From Candidatus Thorarchaeota archaeon (lineage in GTDB: Archaea > Asgardarchaeota > Thorarchaeia > Thorarchaeales > Thorarchaeaceae), in the NCBI GenBank assembly GCA_029855935.1, contig JAGSHN010000016.1:96001-160000 (forward strand): 64,000 nucleotides of DNA, given 5' to 3'. Both the position numbers and the translations under genes were made by a program. Position 1 is the stretch's first letter; every line of letters starts with the position of its first letter. Positions 19,261 through 29,405 of the stretch are shown here, piece after piece. The notes below the pieces were generated by a model. The model was given only the letters and a program-made list of their open reading frames with translations. It made no database searches and was not told the origin of the DNA.

Positions 19261-19683
19261 TTGTCTGAGGAGGAACGACTGCTATTTCCGTCAGAGGAGT
19301 GGATTGCCAAGTACGTCGAGCTGCTCAACAGCAGTAAGTCGTACGAGGAGGCGGCCAAGAACTGGGAGGGCGACTTCATCTTCCAGATAGAGCCGGACGG
19401 TGAGGTAATCAAGGAGCCCATCCGACTGTATTTTGACCTGTGGCACGGCAAGTGTCGCGAGGCCCATATGGCGAGCCCTGAAGACACTGCCGAGTTCACC
19501 TACTCGGGCAGCTACGAGAACTGGAAGCGGCTCCTTGCGGGTGAGATTCATCCCATCAAGGGCATAATGCAGCGAAAGTTCAAGCTCAAGGGCAGCTACA
19601 CGAAGGTGATGCGCGCCACGAAGGCCGCCATGGAGCTCGTTGCGACCGCTCAGAAGGTCCCGACGCGCTATTTGGACGAGTGA
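19261..19683 (+). CDS. SCP2 sterol/lipid-binding domain protein
   Basis: FPSEEW, WEGDFIF, DLWHGKC, GEIHPIKGIMQRKFKLKG. Confidence 0.85.
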   Translation: MSEEERLLFPSEEWIAKYVELLNSSKSYEEAAKNWEGDFIFQIEPDGEVIKEPIRLYFDLWHGKCREAHMASPEDTAEFTYSGSYENWKRLLAGEIHPIKGIMQRKFKLKGSYTKVMRATKAAMELVATAQKVPTRYLDE

Positions 19684-19917
19684 GGGTCAATCAGTTCGTC
19701 GACCCGACCCTCTGTCGCGGGGCTGGCCATCTCATAGTGCCAATGGGGGCACTCACAACTAGTCCTGTCGCATGTCGGCTGCTGTTTTGACTGGCGAACG
19801 ATACGTGCACAGAGAGCTGACCAGAGATTCCAACGAAGTCGACGCCAAGAATAAGAGAGTGGACGACAAGTAACATAGAGCACAGGTCTCAGCGGTCAGT
19901 TGGGTGGTGGTCGAGAG

Positions 19918-21093
19918 ATGGTATGGTGGTTTGACTCTCCCCGGATATCCTTCGGAGAGGATGCTCTGGACGATCTTGAGCGAATTCCTGGCGAGCACGT
20001 TGTGGTCGTGACAGACCCAGTGGTCCGTCGGCTAGGACTTGCAGACCGGGCACGTGCGGTGCTTGAGCGTGGCGAACGTCAGACAATGGTGTGGGACGGG
20101 GCAGAGCCGGATCCACGGGTGTCTGTCGTGAGACAGGCGTCAGAGGCGCTTCGCGAGGCGTCGGCAGACCTCATTGTTGCGGTCGGCGGTGGCAGTGTGA
20201 TAGACACCGCCAAGGCAGCCTGGGTGCTGTACGAGTCTCCCGGGACCGACCTTGTTGCCCTCAGCCCGTTTGACGAGCTGGGTCTGCGTCAGAAGGCACG
20301 ACTCGCGTGTGTGCCGACCACAGCAGGAACTGGTTCAGAGGCCACCAGGGACATTGTGATCAGGGAAGACGAGACGGGTCGCAAGTTTGGGACGATGAAC
20401 TCCGAGCTTGTCCCGGACTATGCAATACTCGATCCTGAGATGGTGCGCGGCCTCCCCCGCGATCTGACGGCGTACACGGGGATGGACGCTTTGACGCATG
20501 CTGTCGAGGGATACTTCTCAATATGGAAGAACGACTTCTCTGACGCCTGCAGTCTACAGGCAGTGAAGATGATATTCGAGTGGCTCCCGCAATCCGTTGA
20601 CAATCTCTCTGACACGACTGCTCGGGAAAAGATGCTGGCCGCGGCGTGTCTGGGCGGTCTGTCGTTCAGCAACTCTCAGGTCACGTTGGCACACACTCTG
20701 GGACACTCTCTTGGTTCCGTTCTCCGTGTTCATCACGGCTTGGCGGTGGGGATGGCACTGCCCTACGTCCTTGAGTATGTCCTGCGTGACAGTCCAGAGA
20801 CCACAGAGCACATAGCTCAGCTGGGACGGCTCATAGGTGTGACCGAGGTCGATGCTGCGACCGCGGCGCAGAAGTTCGTTGAGCGGTTGCGTGATCTCCA
20901 GGCCCGGGTCGGTTTTCCGCAGACCCTCAGTGAGGCTGGAGTCACCAAGAGCGACTTCGAGAACGGGCTTGAGAGGCTTGTCGAGTTTGCAATGATGGAC
21001 ACGAGTCTCACGATGACGCCTCGGGACATAGACGCCAATGGCATCAGACGTATCTACAAGTGTATGTTCAAGGGACGACACGTGGACTTCTGA
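19918..21093 (+). CDS. Iron-containing alcohol dehydrogenase
   Basis: GGGSVIDTAK, PTTAGTGSE, TGMDALTHAVE, AHTLGH, HGLA. Confidence 0.92.
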   Translation: MVWWFDSPRISFGEDALDDLERIPGEHVVVVTDPVVRRLGLADRARAVLERGERQTMVWDGAEPDPRVSVVRQASEALREASADLIVAVGGGSVIDTAKAAWVLYESPGTDLVALSPFDELGLRQKARLACVPTTAGTGSEATRDIVIREDETGRKFGTMNSELVPDYAILDPEMVRGLPRDLTAYTGMDALTHAVEGYFSIWKNDFSDACSLQAVKMIFEWLPQSVDNLSDTTAREKMLAAACLGGLSFSNSQVTLAHTLGHSLGSVLRVHHGLAVGMALPYVLEYVLRDSPETTEHIAQLGRLIGVTEVDAATAAQKFVERLRDLQARVGFPQTLSEAGVTKSDFENGLERLVEFAMMDTSLTMTPRDIDANGIRRIYKCMFKGRHVDF

Positions 21094-21104
21094 GGTGACG
21101 GACA

Positions 21105-22955
21105 GTGTACGGCTACTGCGGACGGCTTCTTCACGTCAATCTGACTCGAGACAGGATAGCGACTCTGAATCTTGACCTCAGCCTTGTCAGACCGTTTCTG
21201 GGCGGTGCAGGACTGGGTTGTAGGATTCTATACAATATGATTGGTCCCGATACCGACCCTCTCGGACCCGAGAACCCCCTGCTCCTGCTCACGGGGCCTT
21301 TCACGGGAACTGCAGTCCCCGCTGGGAGCCGTGCAGTGTTCTGCGCGCGCTCACCTCAGACTGGTCTACTCGGGTACAGCGTCTTTGGTGGTCATCTTGG
21401 CGCGGACCTCAAGTTTGCAGGTTATGACGGCGTGATCATCACTGGACGTGCGTCACGCCCTTCGTACATCTTCATCGATGACTCGACAGTCGAGGTGCGT
21501 GACGCCACATCGCTGTGGGGCAAGGACACCGCGACTGTCTGGGACATCCTCAAGGAGGAGACTGGCCTCCGGCGGGCGGGCGTGGCAAGGATTGGCCCCG
21601 CTGGAGAGCGACTCATCAAGTATGCCAACGTGATGGTCGATCATCATAGAGCGGCTGGCCGGACCGGGATGGGCGCAGTAATGGGCTCGAAGCAGCTGAA
21701 GGCAATCGTGGTCCACGGTAGTCACCGCAGTGTTGATGTCGCCAATGCCGATGCGCTGCTTGAGTACGCGCAGCGACTGAATGAGGACAAGGCGGAGACC
21801 CCTCCCTACCAGCTGTATTCCGAAGTGGGCTCGGCTGGCTTCACCGAGACCGCACTTGAGCTCTGGGGGTCAATGCCCGTCGCCTACTATACTGAGGGCG
21901 AGTTTGACGGCGGAAGCATAAGTGGGACAACTGTGAGGGACACAATCCTTGTAGGGCGCACATCGTGCTACCGCTGTCCCATAGCCTGTGGACGTGTCAT
22001 CGAGGTCAAGGAGGGCAAGTACGCGACAGGGCGCTTTGCCGGGCCCGAGTATGAGGTGACAGGGACTATGGGGACACTGATCAAGAACAGCAATCTTGAG
22101 GCCTTGGCATTCATCAACAGGCAGATGGACCTCTACGGCATAGACACAATCACTGCAGGTAACACTATCGCCTTCGCGTACTATCTCTACAACACCGGCC
22201 GCGCATCGGCTGATGACTTGGACGGGATCACTCCGGAGTGGGGCGACCCGGGGCCTGCAATAGAGTTCATAGATAGGATTGTCAGACGCGAGGGCATTGG
22301 CGCTGTGATGGCAGAGGGCAGTCTCGCGCTGGGCGAGAGATTCGGAGTCCCCGAGCTTGCAGCACAGGTCCATGGCCTTGAGCTGGCACAGCACGACCCG
22401 CGGGCATTCTCCGGGATGACCATTGCGTACGCAACGGGGCCACGTGGGGCCTGTCATATGTCGGCAGACATGTATCCTGTGCAGATGGGACTGGAGGACG
22501 AGGAGTGGGGTCTTGTGAGCACCGACAGGTTCGGCAATGAGGCTGATGTGGCCGCTCGTCTTCAGGACCTCCGGTGTGTCACGAACTCTCTACTGATGTG
22601 CCACTTCTATCCAATTCTATCGGTGGAGCTCGTGGATATGCTCCGCCTGGTCACAGGGTGGGACTACACGCTGGACGAGATTCGAGAGACAGGCGAGAGG
22701 ATCTTCACTCTGATGCGGCTTCTCAATCTGCGGCTGGGATACAATCCGCGAGATGAGGGTCTCCCGAAGATTGTCCTCCAACCCCTAGAGGGCCCCACAG
22801 AGGGCTATGTCCCAGATGTGGAGGAACAGCTCAACACGTGGTATCGCTATAGAGGCTGGGACAGGGCCTCTGGCCAGCCATCCGAGAAGAGGGTCAGAGA
22901 GCTCGGTCTGACACCGGCGGAGCTCGACCAGCCAGTGGTCCGACTTGAGGAATGA
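21105..22955 (+). CDS. aor: Tungsten-containing aldehyde:ferredoxin oxidoreductase
   Basis: LKFAGYDG, IGPAGE, AAGRTGMGAVMGSKQLKA, CYRCPIAC, PEYE, GIDTI, RGACH. Confidence 0.9.
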   Translation: MYGYCGRLLHVNLTRDRIATLNLDLSLVRPFLGGAGLGCRILYNMIGPDTDPLGPENPLLLLTGPFTGTAVPAGSRAVFCARSPQTGLLGYSVFGGHLGADLKFAGYDGVIITGRASRPSYIFIDDSTVEVRDATSLWGKDTATVWDILKEETGLRRAGVARIGPAGERLIKYANVMVDHHRAAGRTGMGAVMGSKQLKAIVVHGSHRSVDVANADALLEYAQRLNEDKAETPPYQLYSEVGSAGFTETALELWGSMPVAYYTEGEFDGGSISGTTVRDTILVGRTSCYRCPIACGRVIEVKEGKYATGRFAGPEYEVTGTMGTLIKNSNLEALAFINRQMDLYGIDTITAGNTIAFAYYLYNTGRASADDLDGITPEWGDPGPAIEFIDRIVRREGIGAVMAEGSLALGERFGVPELAAQVHGLELAQHDPRAFSGMTIAYATGPRGACHMSADMYPVQMGLEDEEWGLVSTDRFGNEADVAARLQDLRCVTNSLLMCHFYPILSVELVDMLRLVTGWDYTLDEIRETGERIFTLMRLLNLRLGYNPRDEGLPKIVLQPLEGPTEGYVPDVEEQLNTWYRYRGWDRASGQPSEKRVRELGLTPAELDQPVVRLEE

Positions 22956-22960
22956 TGTGG

Positions 22961-24472
22961 TCACACGTGGACTGCCGCTATGTCCCGCAGGACCAACTTG
23001 AGGAACTCGTAGAATACCTGCACGTCGGCAATCTTGACTCTCTCGTCCGGCGTGTGGGGATTCTTGATTGTCGGACCAATTGACACCATCTGGATGCCCG
23101 GTATGCGCGCGCCGATGATGCCACACTCTAGGCCCGCATGCACGGCCTCCACACGGACCTCGTGTCCCAGACTCTCCTCGTACTTCTTCCTGACGAACTT
23201 GAGCAGGGGGGCCTCCGGATCCGGCGCCCAGCCGGGGTACGCCTGGTCCAAGGTGGCGCTCCATCCACCAAGGCGGCCAATGTCTGCAAGCGACCTCCGA
23301 AATGCCTCCAGCTCAGCATCAATGTTGCTCCTCGCCGACACGATGACGCTCATCTTGCCCTCCTCGGTACGCACGATGGCAAGATTGCAGGAGGTCTCGA
23401 CAAGGTCGGGAATCTGCGCAGAGAAGGTCCGTGGTCCGTGTGGGATTGCATTGATTGTTCTCACGATGGTCTCCGACTCCTCGCGACTGAGAGTCGGTGC
23501 GTTGTCAGTCTCTACAAAGTTGATCTTGATCGACGGTTCGAGTGGTGCTCCTCCGACCTCCTGTTCATAGTACTCAAGGATGGCCCTTCTCTCCTCATCG
23601 AGAATATCACGCACCTGAACCAGTCTGTTTCTCCTCACCGCGACAATGGCCGTCGCCTCTCGGGTGATGGCATTATGCTTGGAGCCGCCGTTCCACGATG
23701 ACAGAAAGACCTCGTGTTCGGTCATCACAGCAGAGAGCAGACGTGCGATGATGACGTTCGCGTTGGCCCGATGAAGATGAATCTCCGCACCGGAGTGACC
23801 GCCACGCAGTCCTGCGACGGAGACTCGCAAGAACACAAGGCCCTCTCCGCCTGTCTCGGGCGCCTCAACCCTGACGTCCCGTTCGAGCTCCACCTCACCT
23901 CCGCCTGCCGAACCAATTGTGATGACACCAAGATCCTCTGAGTCGAGATTCAGCATCAGCCTGCTCTTGGGCTCGAGCCTGTCTGTGTCGAGTCCGAAGG
24001 CACCCGTAAGGCCTGTCTCCTCGTCTACGGTCAGAAGGATCTCCAGTGGGCCGTGAGTGACATCCTCGTCTACAAGCACAGCCAGCGCCATTGCGACACC
24101 TATCCCATTGTCTGCTCCAAGAGTGGTCCCATCGGCTATCACCCACTCACCATCTACCTTCACTGGAATCGGCTGGTTAGCAAAGTCGAATCCGTCCGAC
24201 CGGTCGGTCTCGCACACCATATCGAGATGGCCCTGCAGCATCAATGTGGGCGCCGACTCCATCCCGTGCGTTGCAGGCACTCGAATGAGTATGTTCCCGG
24301 TGGAGTCCTCAAGTACCTCGAGATTGATGCCACGCTCCTCGGCGACTCGACTGACCCAGTCTCTGACGGCGCGGCGCACCTTCTCCTCATGTTTGGACTC
24401 GCGAGGAGTTGCAGCCAGTATCTTCTCGAAAATCTCCCAGACGTGATGAGGTTCAAGGTTCTCAAGGACCAT
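22961..24472 (-). CDS. pepD: Aminoacyl-histidine dipeptidase (M20C)
   Basis: QGHLDMV, TTLGADNGIG, DEETGLTGA, GGHSG, HAGLECG, HTPDE. Confidence 0.9.
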   Translation of the reverse strand: MVLENLEPHHVWEIFEKILAATPRESKHEEKVRRAVRDWVSRVAEERGINLEVLEDSTGNILIRVPATHGMESAPTLMLQGHLDMVCETDRSDGFDFANQPIPVKVDGEWVIADGTTLGADNGIGVAMALAVLVDEDVTHGPLEILLTVDEETGLTGAFGLDTDRLEPKSRLMLNLDSEDLGVITIGSAGGGEVELERDVRVEAPETGGEGLVFLRVSVAGLRGGHSGAEIHLHRANANVIIARLLSAVMTEHEVFLSSWNGGSKHNAITREATAIVAVRRNRLVQVRDILDEERRAILEYYEQEVGGAPLEPSIKINFVETDNAPTLSREESETIVRTINAIPHGPRTFSAQIPDLVETSCNLAIVRTEEGKMSVIVSARSNIDAELEAFRRSLADIGRLGGWSATLDQAYPGWAPDPEAPLLKFVRKKYEESLGHEVRVEAVHAGLECGIIGARIPGIQMVSIGPTIKNPHTPDERVKIADVQVFYEFLKLVLRDIAAVHV

Positions 24473-24626
24473 CAATGAGGCCTCCGTGTCCGCACATCTC
24501 ATCAACAGTATAAGCATTGCCTATTATGACAACAGACACCTCTCAATGTCAGTCGAGTCATTTTTCAGTCACAATCTATCTTGATGTGATACCTTCACCA
24601 ACATCGTGAACTGTGAGGGATGTCCC

Positions 24627-25499
24627 GTGTTCTTTGACCCCGAAATCACGAACATCCTGAGGAATGCCCTCCCCTGGGCGGGACCCTTCTTTCGTGTCAT
24701 AACAGAACTCGGCTCAGAGCTCTTCTATGTGGTTCTGATCCTCATCGGCTACTGGGCCTACAACAAGCGAGAGTCGATCCTAGCAGCCTACGTCCTGCTC
24801 GTGTCTGTCGTCACCAACTACTGGCTCAAGCTCGCAATCGCCAACCCGCGACCCGACCCGTCATACTGGTACGAGGGTGTCGAGGCGACCAACTACAGCA
24901 CACCAAGCGGCCACGCTCAGAACTCGACCATGCTGTTCGGCTGGCTGTCCGTGCGTGTCAGACGTGCTTGGTTTGGAGTTCTCTCGGTGGCACTCATCCT
25001 TCTAATCGGCATCTCGCGTGTCTACCTTGGAGTCCATTACCTCGGCGACGTGCTCATCGGATGGGGCATTGGGCTTGTTCTTCTGATGATACTCGTTCGG
25101 CTGCAGGAGCCACTGATGACCCTGTTCCAGCGGTATCGGTCAGAGTATCTCTACCTGGCGATGCTCATCATTGGTCTTGCTCTCACCGTCGTCAGCACGT
25201 TGTTGCCCACCCCGCCCGGCGATAACTTCGGTTCGCTTGGAGGCCTGATAATGGGGATCGCCGTGGCCTTTCCTCTTGAGGCCAGATACGTGAACTTTGA
25301 CACTGCCCCACCGCATGGTCAGAGATGGCGGTTGATTCTCCGAGTGGTCCTGGGTCTCATTCTCGTCCTCGGCGTGATGGTTGGCCTGAGCGGTGTACTC
25401 CCGTCGAGCGATACTTGGTTCCGCGCTCTGAGGTATTTCCTCGTGGTGATTGTCGGAGCCTTTCTGTGGCCACTTGTCTTTGAGCGCGCTGGGATATGA
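24627..25499 (+). CDS. PAP2-family membrane phosphatase
   Basis: K...RP, PSGHAQ, SRVYLGVHY motifs; multiple TM segments. Confidence 0.88.
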   Translation: MFFDPEITNILRNALPWAGPFFRVITELGSELFYVVLILIGYWAYNKRESILAAYVLLVSVVTNYWLKLAIANPRPDPSYWYEGVEATNYSTPSGHAQNSTMLFGWLSVRVRRAWFGVLSVALILLIGISRVYLGVHYLGDVLIGWGIGLVLLMILVRLQEPLMTLFQRYRSEYLYLAMLIIGLALTVVSTLLPTPPGDNFGSLGGLIMGIAVAFPLEARYVNFDTAPPHGQRWRLILRVVLGLILVLGVMVGLSGVLPSSDTWFRALRYFLVVIVGAFLWPLVFERAGI

Positions 25500-25522
25500 T
25501 GGGGGACTGGCAGGCTCTCCGG

Positions 25523-27232
25523 TCAGAGGTACTTTGAGGCCTCTATCTGTGCCAGCTCCACCCCCGCCGAGTGAGAGTACGACCTGAATGTGCGCACAGC
25601 GACCACGATGACACCAGCGAGTACGAGATAGGCGTACAGCGGTGATACGAAGATACCAATTACCAGCATCCCAAGCACCAGTGCAAATCCGGCCAAGTTG
25701 GGCACAAGCTGTACCTTCAATGCTGCAAGGCCGGTGATCGGTGGTTGTGCTGCCGCGCCACGCTGCCTCAGTATCATGCGTTCGGCCTTGAAGTCACCTG
25801 CCACTGCTGCCTGAAATGCCGCATACGGTCCTGCGATCAGAGTGATCAGAGGCATTGCGATGATCAGCAGTGGGACATACAGTGCAACGGGCGGATTGAC
25901 AATCAGGGCGACGATAGAGAACAGCACGCTGGCCGCGAGCGAGAAAGGCAGAGCGCTGTAGACCTTTCCCTTGGTGTACTCCTCGAAGTTGGCGGCTGCA
26001 AGCTGGAGGTTCATCAGGTTCTTCCCCTCGTAGACGGTCTCATAGCCAGCAAAGTACACACCGTACGACACTGCAAACGGAATGGCTGCAGCAGCAACGA
26101 GTATAGTCATGAAGGGTAGGAGTTCCTCTGGTGCTGTCAGAACGGGGAACAGTAGGAAGACGGTGAATCGTAGCGGGTTGAGCAGGTACTGCGCGAGCAC
26201 GCCTCCCTTTCGTCTGATAGACGTGATATTATACCACATGGAGGCACTGCAGGTCTGACTCATTCTCAGTAGTGGCAATGTTCTTGGCGCCCACCGTCCG
26301 TGCCGCGGCCTCACTTTCCTATCCGAGCTCCTCGTCGACTCGTAGGTCAACCAGCCGCTGTAGTGGGCAGCCTCGCTGACAACGGCATTGACGTACAGTA
26401 GTATCAGCGCGCTCGCCGCGAGTCCCAGCCCCGTCAAGACATCAACAAGTGTCACCCCACCACCAGCAATCGTACCTAGGATGAGCACGCTGAAGGTACG
26501 GCCGGGGCTCGTGTCTGATGTCAGTCCGAGCAGTCGACCGAATGAGATCAGACCACCGAGAAACTGAGAGTCCTCGGCAAAGTAAGCATTGTAGTACCAA
26601 AAGGTGCTCGCTAGTATTGCCAGAGCTGTGAGTATGAAGTATCCCGCCTGCTTGACGGTCCGGTGGCCCGCAACGAGTCGGGCAGCCGCAAGACCGACTA
26701 GGCCGCCCGCCCCGACGCCGATTCCGATGAACACAAGGACGAGACTGACGTAGAGCAGTGCAGCAACAATCGTCACACCCCATCCCGCCACGAGTGCAAC
26801 AGCGGCGACAACTGGCGTGCCAAGAAGGATCCAGAACTCAGACACGGCAAAGACCAGCACAAGCGTCTTCTCAAGAAAGATTGTCCGCGTGGCCACTGGC
26901 ATCGTGAGAACGTACTCCATCCGGGCGCTGTTGGCAACGATCATTGCTGAGTACATTACCGAGCCAATGAACCCAAAGAGGAGTATCGCGTTGAAGACGA
27001 AGTTGCCGAACTCAAGGTTATTCAGTATGAGTGGCCGGAGGCGGGTCCACCCAATGGCGGTACCGATAAAATAGACACCCCATCCTATGCCCACTCCGAC
27101 GAGCAGCATAATGAAGTGTATCACGAGTGAGCCTCTCCTTGACTTGCCACCCCTCTTGCCGCGCGGTTGACGGAGCCTGAACAGCTGTTTCAGGTCCAGT
27201 CGCAGCAGGAACAATAGGTCAGAGAGAGTCAA
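25523..27232 (-). CDS. ABC exporter permease (large, ~12 TM)
   Basis: Polytopic hydrophobic protein overlapping the ABC ATPase stop by 4 nt. Confidence 0.78.
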   Translation of the reverse strand: MTLSDLLFLLRLDLKQLFRLRQPRGKRGGKSRRGSLVIHFIMLLVGVGIGWGVYFIGTAIGWTRLRPLILNNLEFGNFVFNAILLFGFIGSVMYSAMIVANSARMEYVLTMPVATRTIFLEKTLVLVFAVSEFWILLGTPVVAAVALVAGWGVTIVAALLYVSLVLVFIGIGVGAGGLVGLAAARLVAGHRTVKQAGYFILTALAILASTFWYYNAYFAEDSQFLGGLISFGRLLGLTSDTSPGRTFSVLILGTIAGGGVTLVDVLTGLGLAASALILLYVNAVVSEAAHYSGWLTYESTRSSDRKVRPRHGRWAPRTLPLLRMSQTCSASMWYNITSIRRKGGVLAQYLLNPLRFTVFLLFPVLTAPEELLPFMTILVAAAAIPFAVSYGVYFAGYETVYEGKNLMNLQLAAANFEEYTKGKVYSALPFSLAASVLFSIVALIVNPPVALYVPLLIIAMPLITLIAGPYAAFQAAVAGDFKAERMILRQRGAAAQPPITGLAALKVQLVPNLAGFALVLGMLVIGIFVSPLYAYLVLAGVIVVAVRTFRSYSHSAGVELAQIEASKYL

Positions 27233-27999
27233 TCGTTGTTCACGTCCTCAAGAAACTTTGCGATTCGCTGCACATCGGGTCCTCCCGTCAGTGAGAGGAA
27301 GATCTCCTCAAGGGTGCCCTGTCGCTGTGCTCTCTCTCTGAGGTCATCCATCGTGCCCTCTGCGATCAGTTGCCCCTCCTGAATGATGCCAATCCGGTCG
27401 CACATTCTCTCCGCAATCTCAAGTACGTGCGTCGACATCAGGATGGTCGCTCCACGGTCACGCAGGCCCAGTAGTATCTCCTTGATGGTGGCCGCACCCC
27501 GCGGGTCGATTCCTGCCTGCACCTCGTCGAGTATTAGTACACGCGGCTTGTGGACCAGCGCAGCAACAAGGCTGAGCTTTCGGGCCATACCCTTTGAGTA
27601 GGTCTCTATCAGGTCGTCACAGGCATCGTAGATGTCAAGGAGCGTCATCAGGTCCTCTATCTCGGTGTCGCGCTCATGTCCACGTGGGATTCGCCAGATA
27701 TCACTGATGTAATTCACAAACTCCCAGCCTGTGAGTGTCTCGGGCAGGACTGGCTCTTCGGGGACATACCCCATGATTCTCTTGGCCGCCACAGGCTCTC
27801 TGAGGATGTCGTGGCCCGCGATTCGTGCCGTGCCCTCTGTTGGCCTGAGCAGCCCCAGTAGCATCCTCATTGTTGTGGATTTTCCAGAGCCATTCGGACC
27901 CAGCAGACCGTAGATCTCCCCGGGATTGACGCGGAACGTGAGAGAGTCGACCGCTCTCAGCTCGCCGAAGACCCTTGTGAGTTGGATGGCCTCTATCAT
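27229..27999 (-). CDS. ABC transporter ATP-binding protein
   Basis: GPNGSGKST, YSKGM, LILDE, STH. Confidence 0.93.
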   Translation of the reverse strand: MIEAIQLTRVFGELRAVDSLTFRVNPGEIYGLLGPNGSGKSTTMRMLLGLLRPTEGTARIAGHDILREPVAAKRIMGYVPEEPVLPETLTGWEFVNYISDIWRIPRGHERDTEIEDLMTLLDIYDACDDLIETYSKGMARKLSLVAALVHKPRVLILDEVQAGIDPRGAATIKEILLGLRDRGATILMSTHVLEIAERMCDRIGIIQEGQLIAEGTMDDLRERAQRQGTLEEIFLSLTGGPDVQRIAKFLEDVNND

Positions 28000-28124
28000 T
28001 GTTGTGGGCTATCATCAGGTTGGTGTGGTTATATGCGTTCGGGCTGGCACAATCGTAGTGGCGTGTGTGTATACTGAAAGCATTCCCCCAGCACGTTCTC
28101 CGTGCGCCGGAGTCCATCGCGGAT

Positions 28125-28140
28125 TGTTTTATATATTACG
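28125..28140. promoter_or_regulatory. AT-rich TATA-like element between the divergent ABC and V4R operons
   Basis: TTTTATATATTA in a GC-rich background. Confidence 0.45.
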
Positions 28141-28331
28141 CGTGGGCAACGAATAATAGCATATAATCCGACGGACAGGGACCTCCTGAGGACATGCTGC
28201 GACGCAGTACTTGAGCAAGTAGTCATACTGACGAGTAAGCTGCAAGGAGCGACGTCATGACTCTTGGTCGGTGGGACGTGGCATAGGTTTCAGCTGTGCG
28301 TGCCCTCTCCGTCAATGGAGTGTGTCTGACT

Positions 28332-28982
28332 ATGGTCAAGACTGTAGAAGCACCACCGGAGTTGCACGGACTCATTGAGAGCATCGAGGCGAAGTACGAG
28401 GAGATCTTCAAGACCCAGCTCGAGTTCAAGCCGGAGGAGAGCCGAATCAGGCTCGTCGGCGGTGAGGTCATGTTCATTGGCCTCAGGGCCATCGCCATCG
28501 ACCTCAAGAAGGAGCTGGACAGTGTACTCGGCGAGGCTGGTCGCAACCTGCTTATCTATCGTCTCGGGCAGTCCTTCGGCAGGGCGGAGGCAGAGCGTCT
28601 TCTCCCGGTCTTGGGACTGGACGACGTGGTGGCGAGAATCGCTGCGGGCCCCATATGGGCTGCATACTCCGGATTCGTCAGAGTCCGCCTGCTTCCGGGG
28701 AGCGTGATCGAGCCGAATGAGAACTTCTTTCTGTTCTATGAGCATCCCAACAACTTCGAGGCGTCCTTCTGGAAGAAGGAGGGTTTCAGTGCACAGGAGC
28801 CGGTCTGCTACTTCAATGCAGGATATTCCTCGGGCTGGTGTTCAGTGGCCACTGGTATCGACCTGGACGCAGAGGAGGTCCTGTGCGAGGCCAAGGGCGA
28901 TGCTGCGTGCCGATTTATAATGTTCCCCAGCAGCAGGAGAATGGAGTATTTGGAGCGCGCAGACGAGTTCAGGAATATGTAG
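28332..28982 (+). CDS. V4R (4-vinyl reductase, Bet3-related fold) domain protein
   Basis: LIYRLGQSFG; PVCYFNAGYSSGW...EEVLCEAKGDAACRF Zn-binding V4R signature. Confidence 0.88.
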   Translation: MVKTVEAPPELHGLIESIEAKYEEIFKTQLEFKPEESRIRLVGGEVMFIGLRAIAIDLKKELDSVLGEAGRNLLIYRLGQSFGRAEAERLLPVLGLDDVVARIAAGPIWAAYSGFVRVRLLPGSVIEPNENFFLFYEHPNNFEASFWKKEGFSAQEPVCYFNAGYSSGWCSVATGIDLDAEEVLCEAKGDAACRFIMFPSSRRMEYLERADEFRNM

Positions 28983-28995
28983 GCGGGGATGAACA

Positions 28996-29358
28996 ATGAG
29001 TGCGAAGATAAAGAAACTCACGGAGACGTTGAGCCAGCTTATTGCGAACAGTGAAGTCGAGGGCTGTGCACTTGTCAGCACGCGCGGCCAGATGATGGCT
29101 GCAAAGCTCGGAAAGGATGTCGACGACAAGGCGGTGTCAGCAATGGCCGCGGCACTCCTCTCCATCGGCAATAGGGTGGGCGAGGCTCTTGACTCGGGTC
29201 CTCCCAAGAACATCCTGATTGAGGGAGAGCGGAAGATGGTCCTCGTCAGGAGTATCGGAAATGCCACGCTGATTGCGACGGCACCTGCCGATGCCAAGGT
29301 CGGCCTCATCGACTTTGAGATGGACAAGGTCGCCCGTGAGATGGAGCAGATACTATAG
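28996..29358 (+). CDS. Roadblock/LC7 (MglB-like) protein
   Basis: EGCALVSTRGQMMA...VSAMAAALLSIGNRV...ILIEGE...KVGLI. Confidence 0.9.
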   Translation: MSAKIKKLTETLSQLIANSEVEGCALVSTRGQMMAAKLGKDVDDKAVSAMAAALLSIGNRVGEALDSGPPKNILIEGERKMVLVRSIGNATLIATAPADAKVGLIDFEMDKVAREMEQIL

Positions 29359-29405
29359 TCGTGCGTTGGGCTGACTAGTGTCACTGATGGAGGAGGCTGC
29401 CGTAA

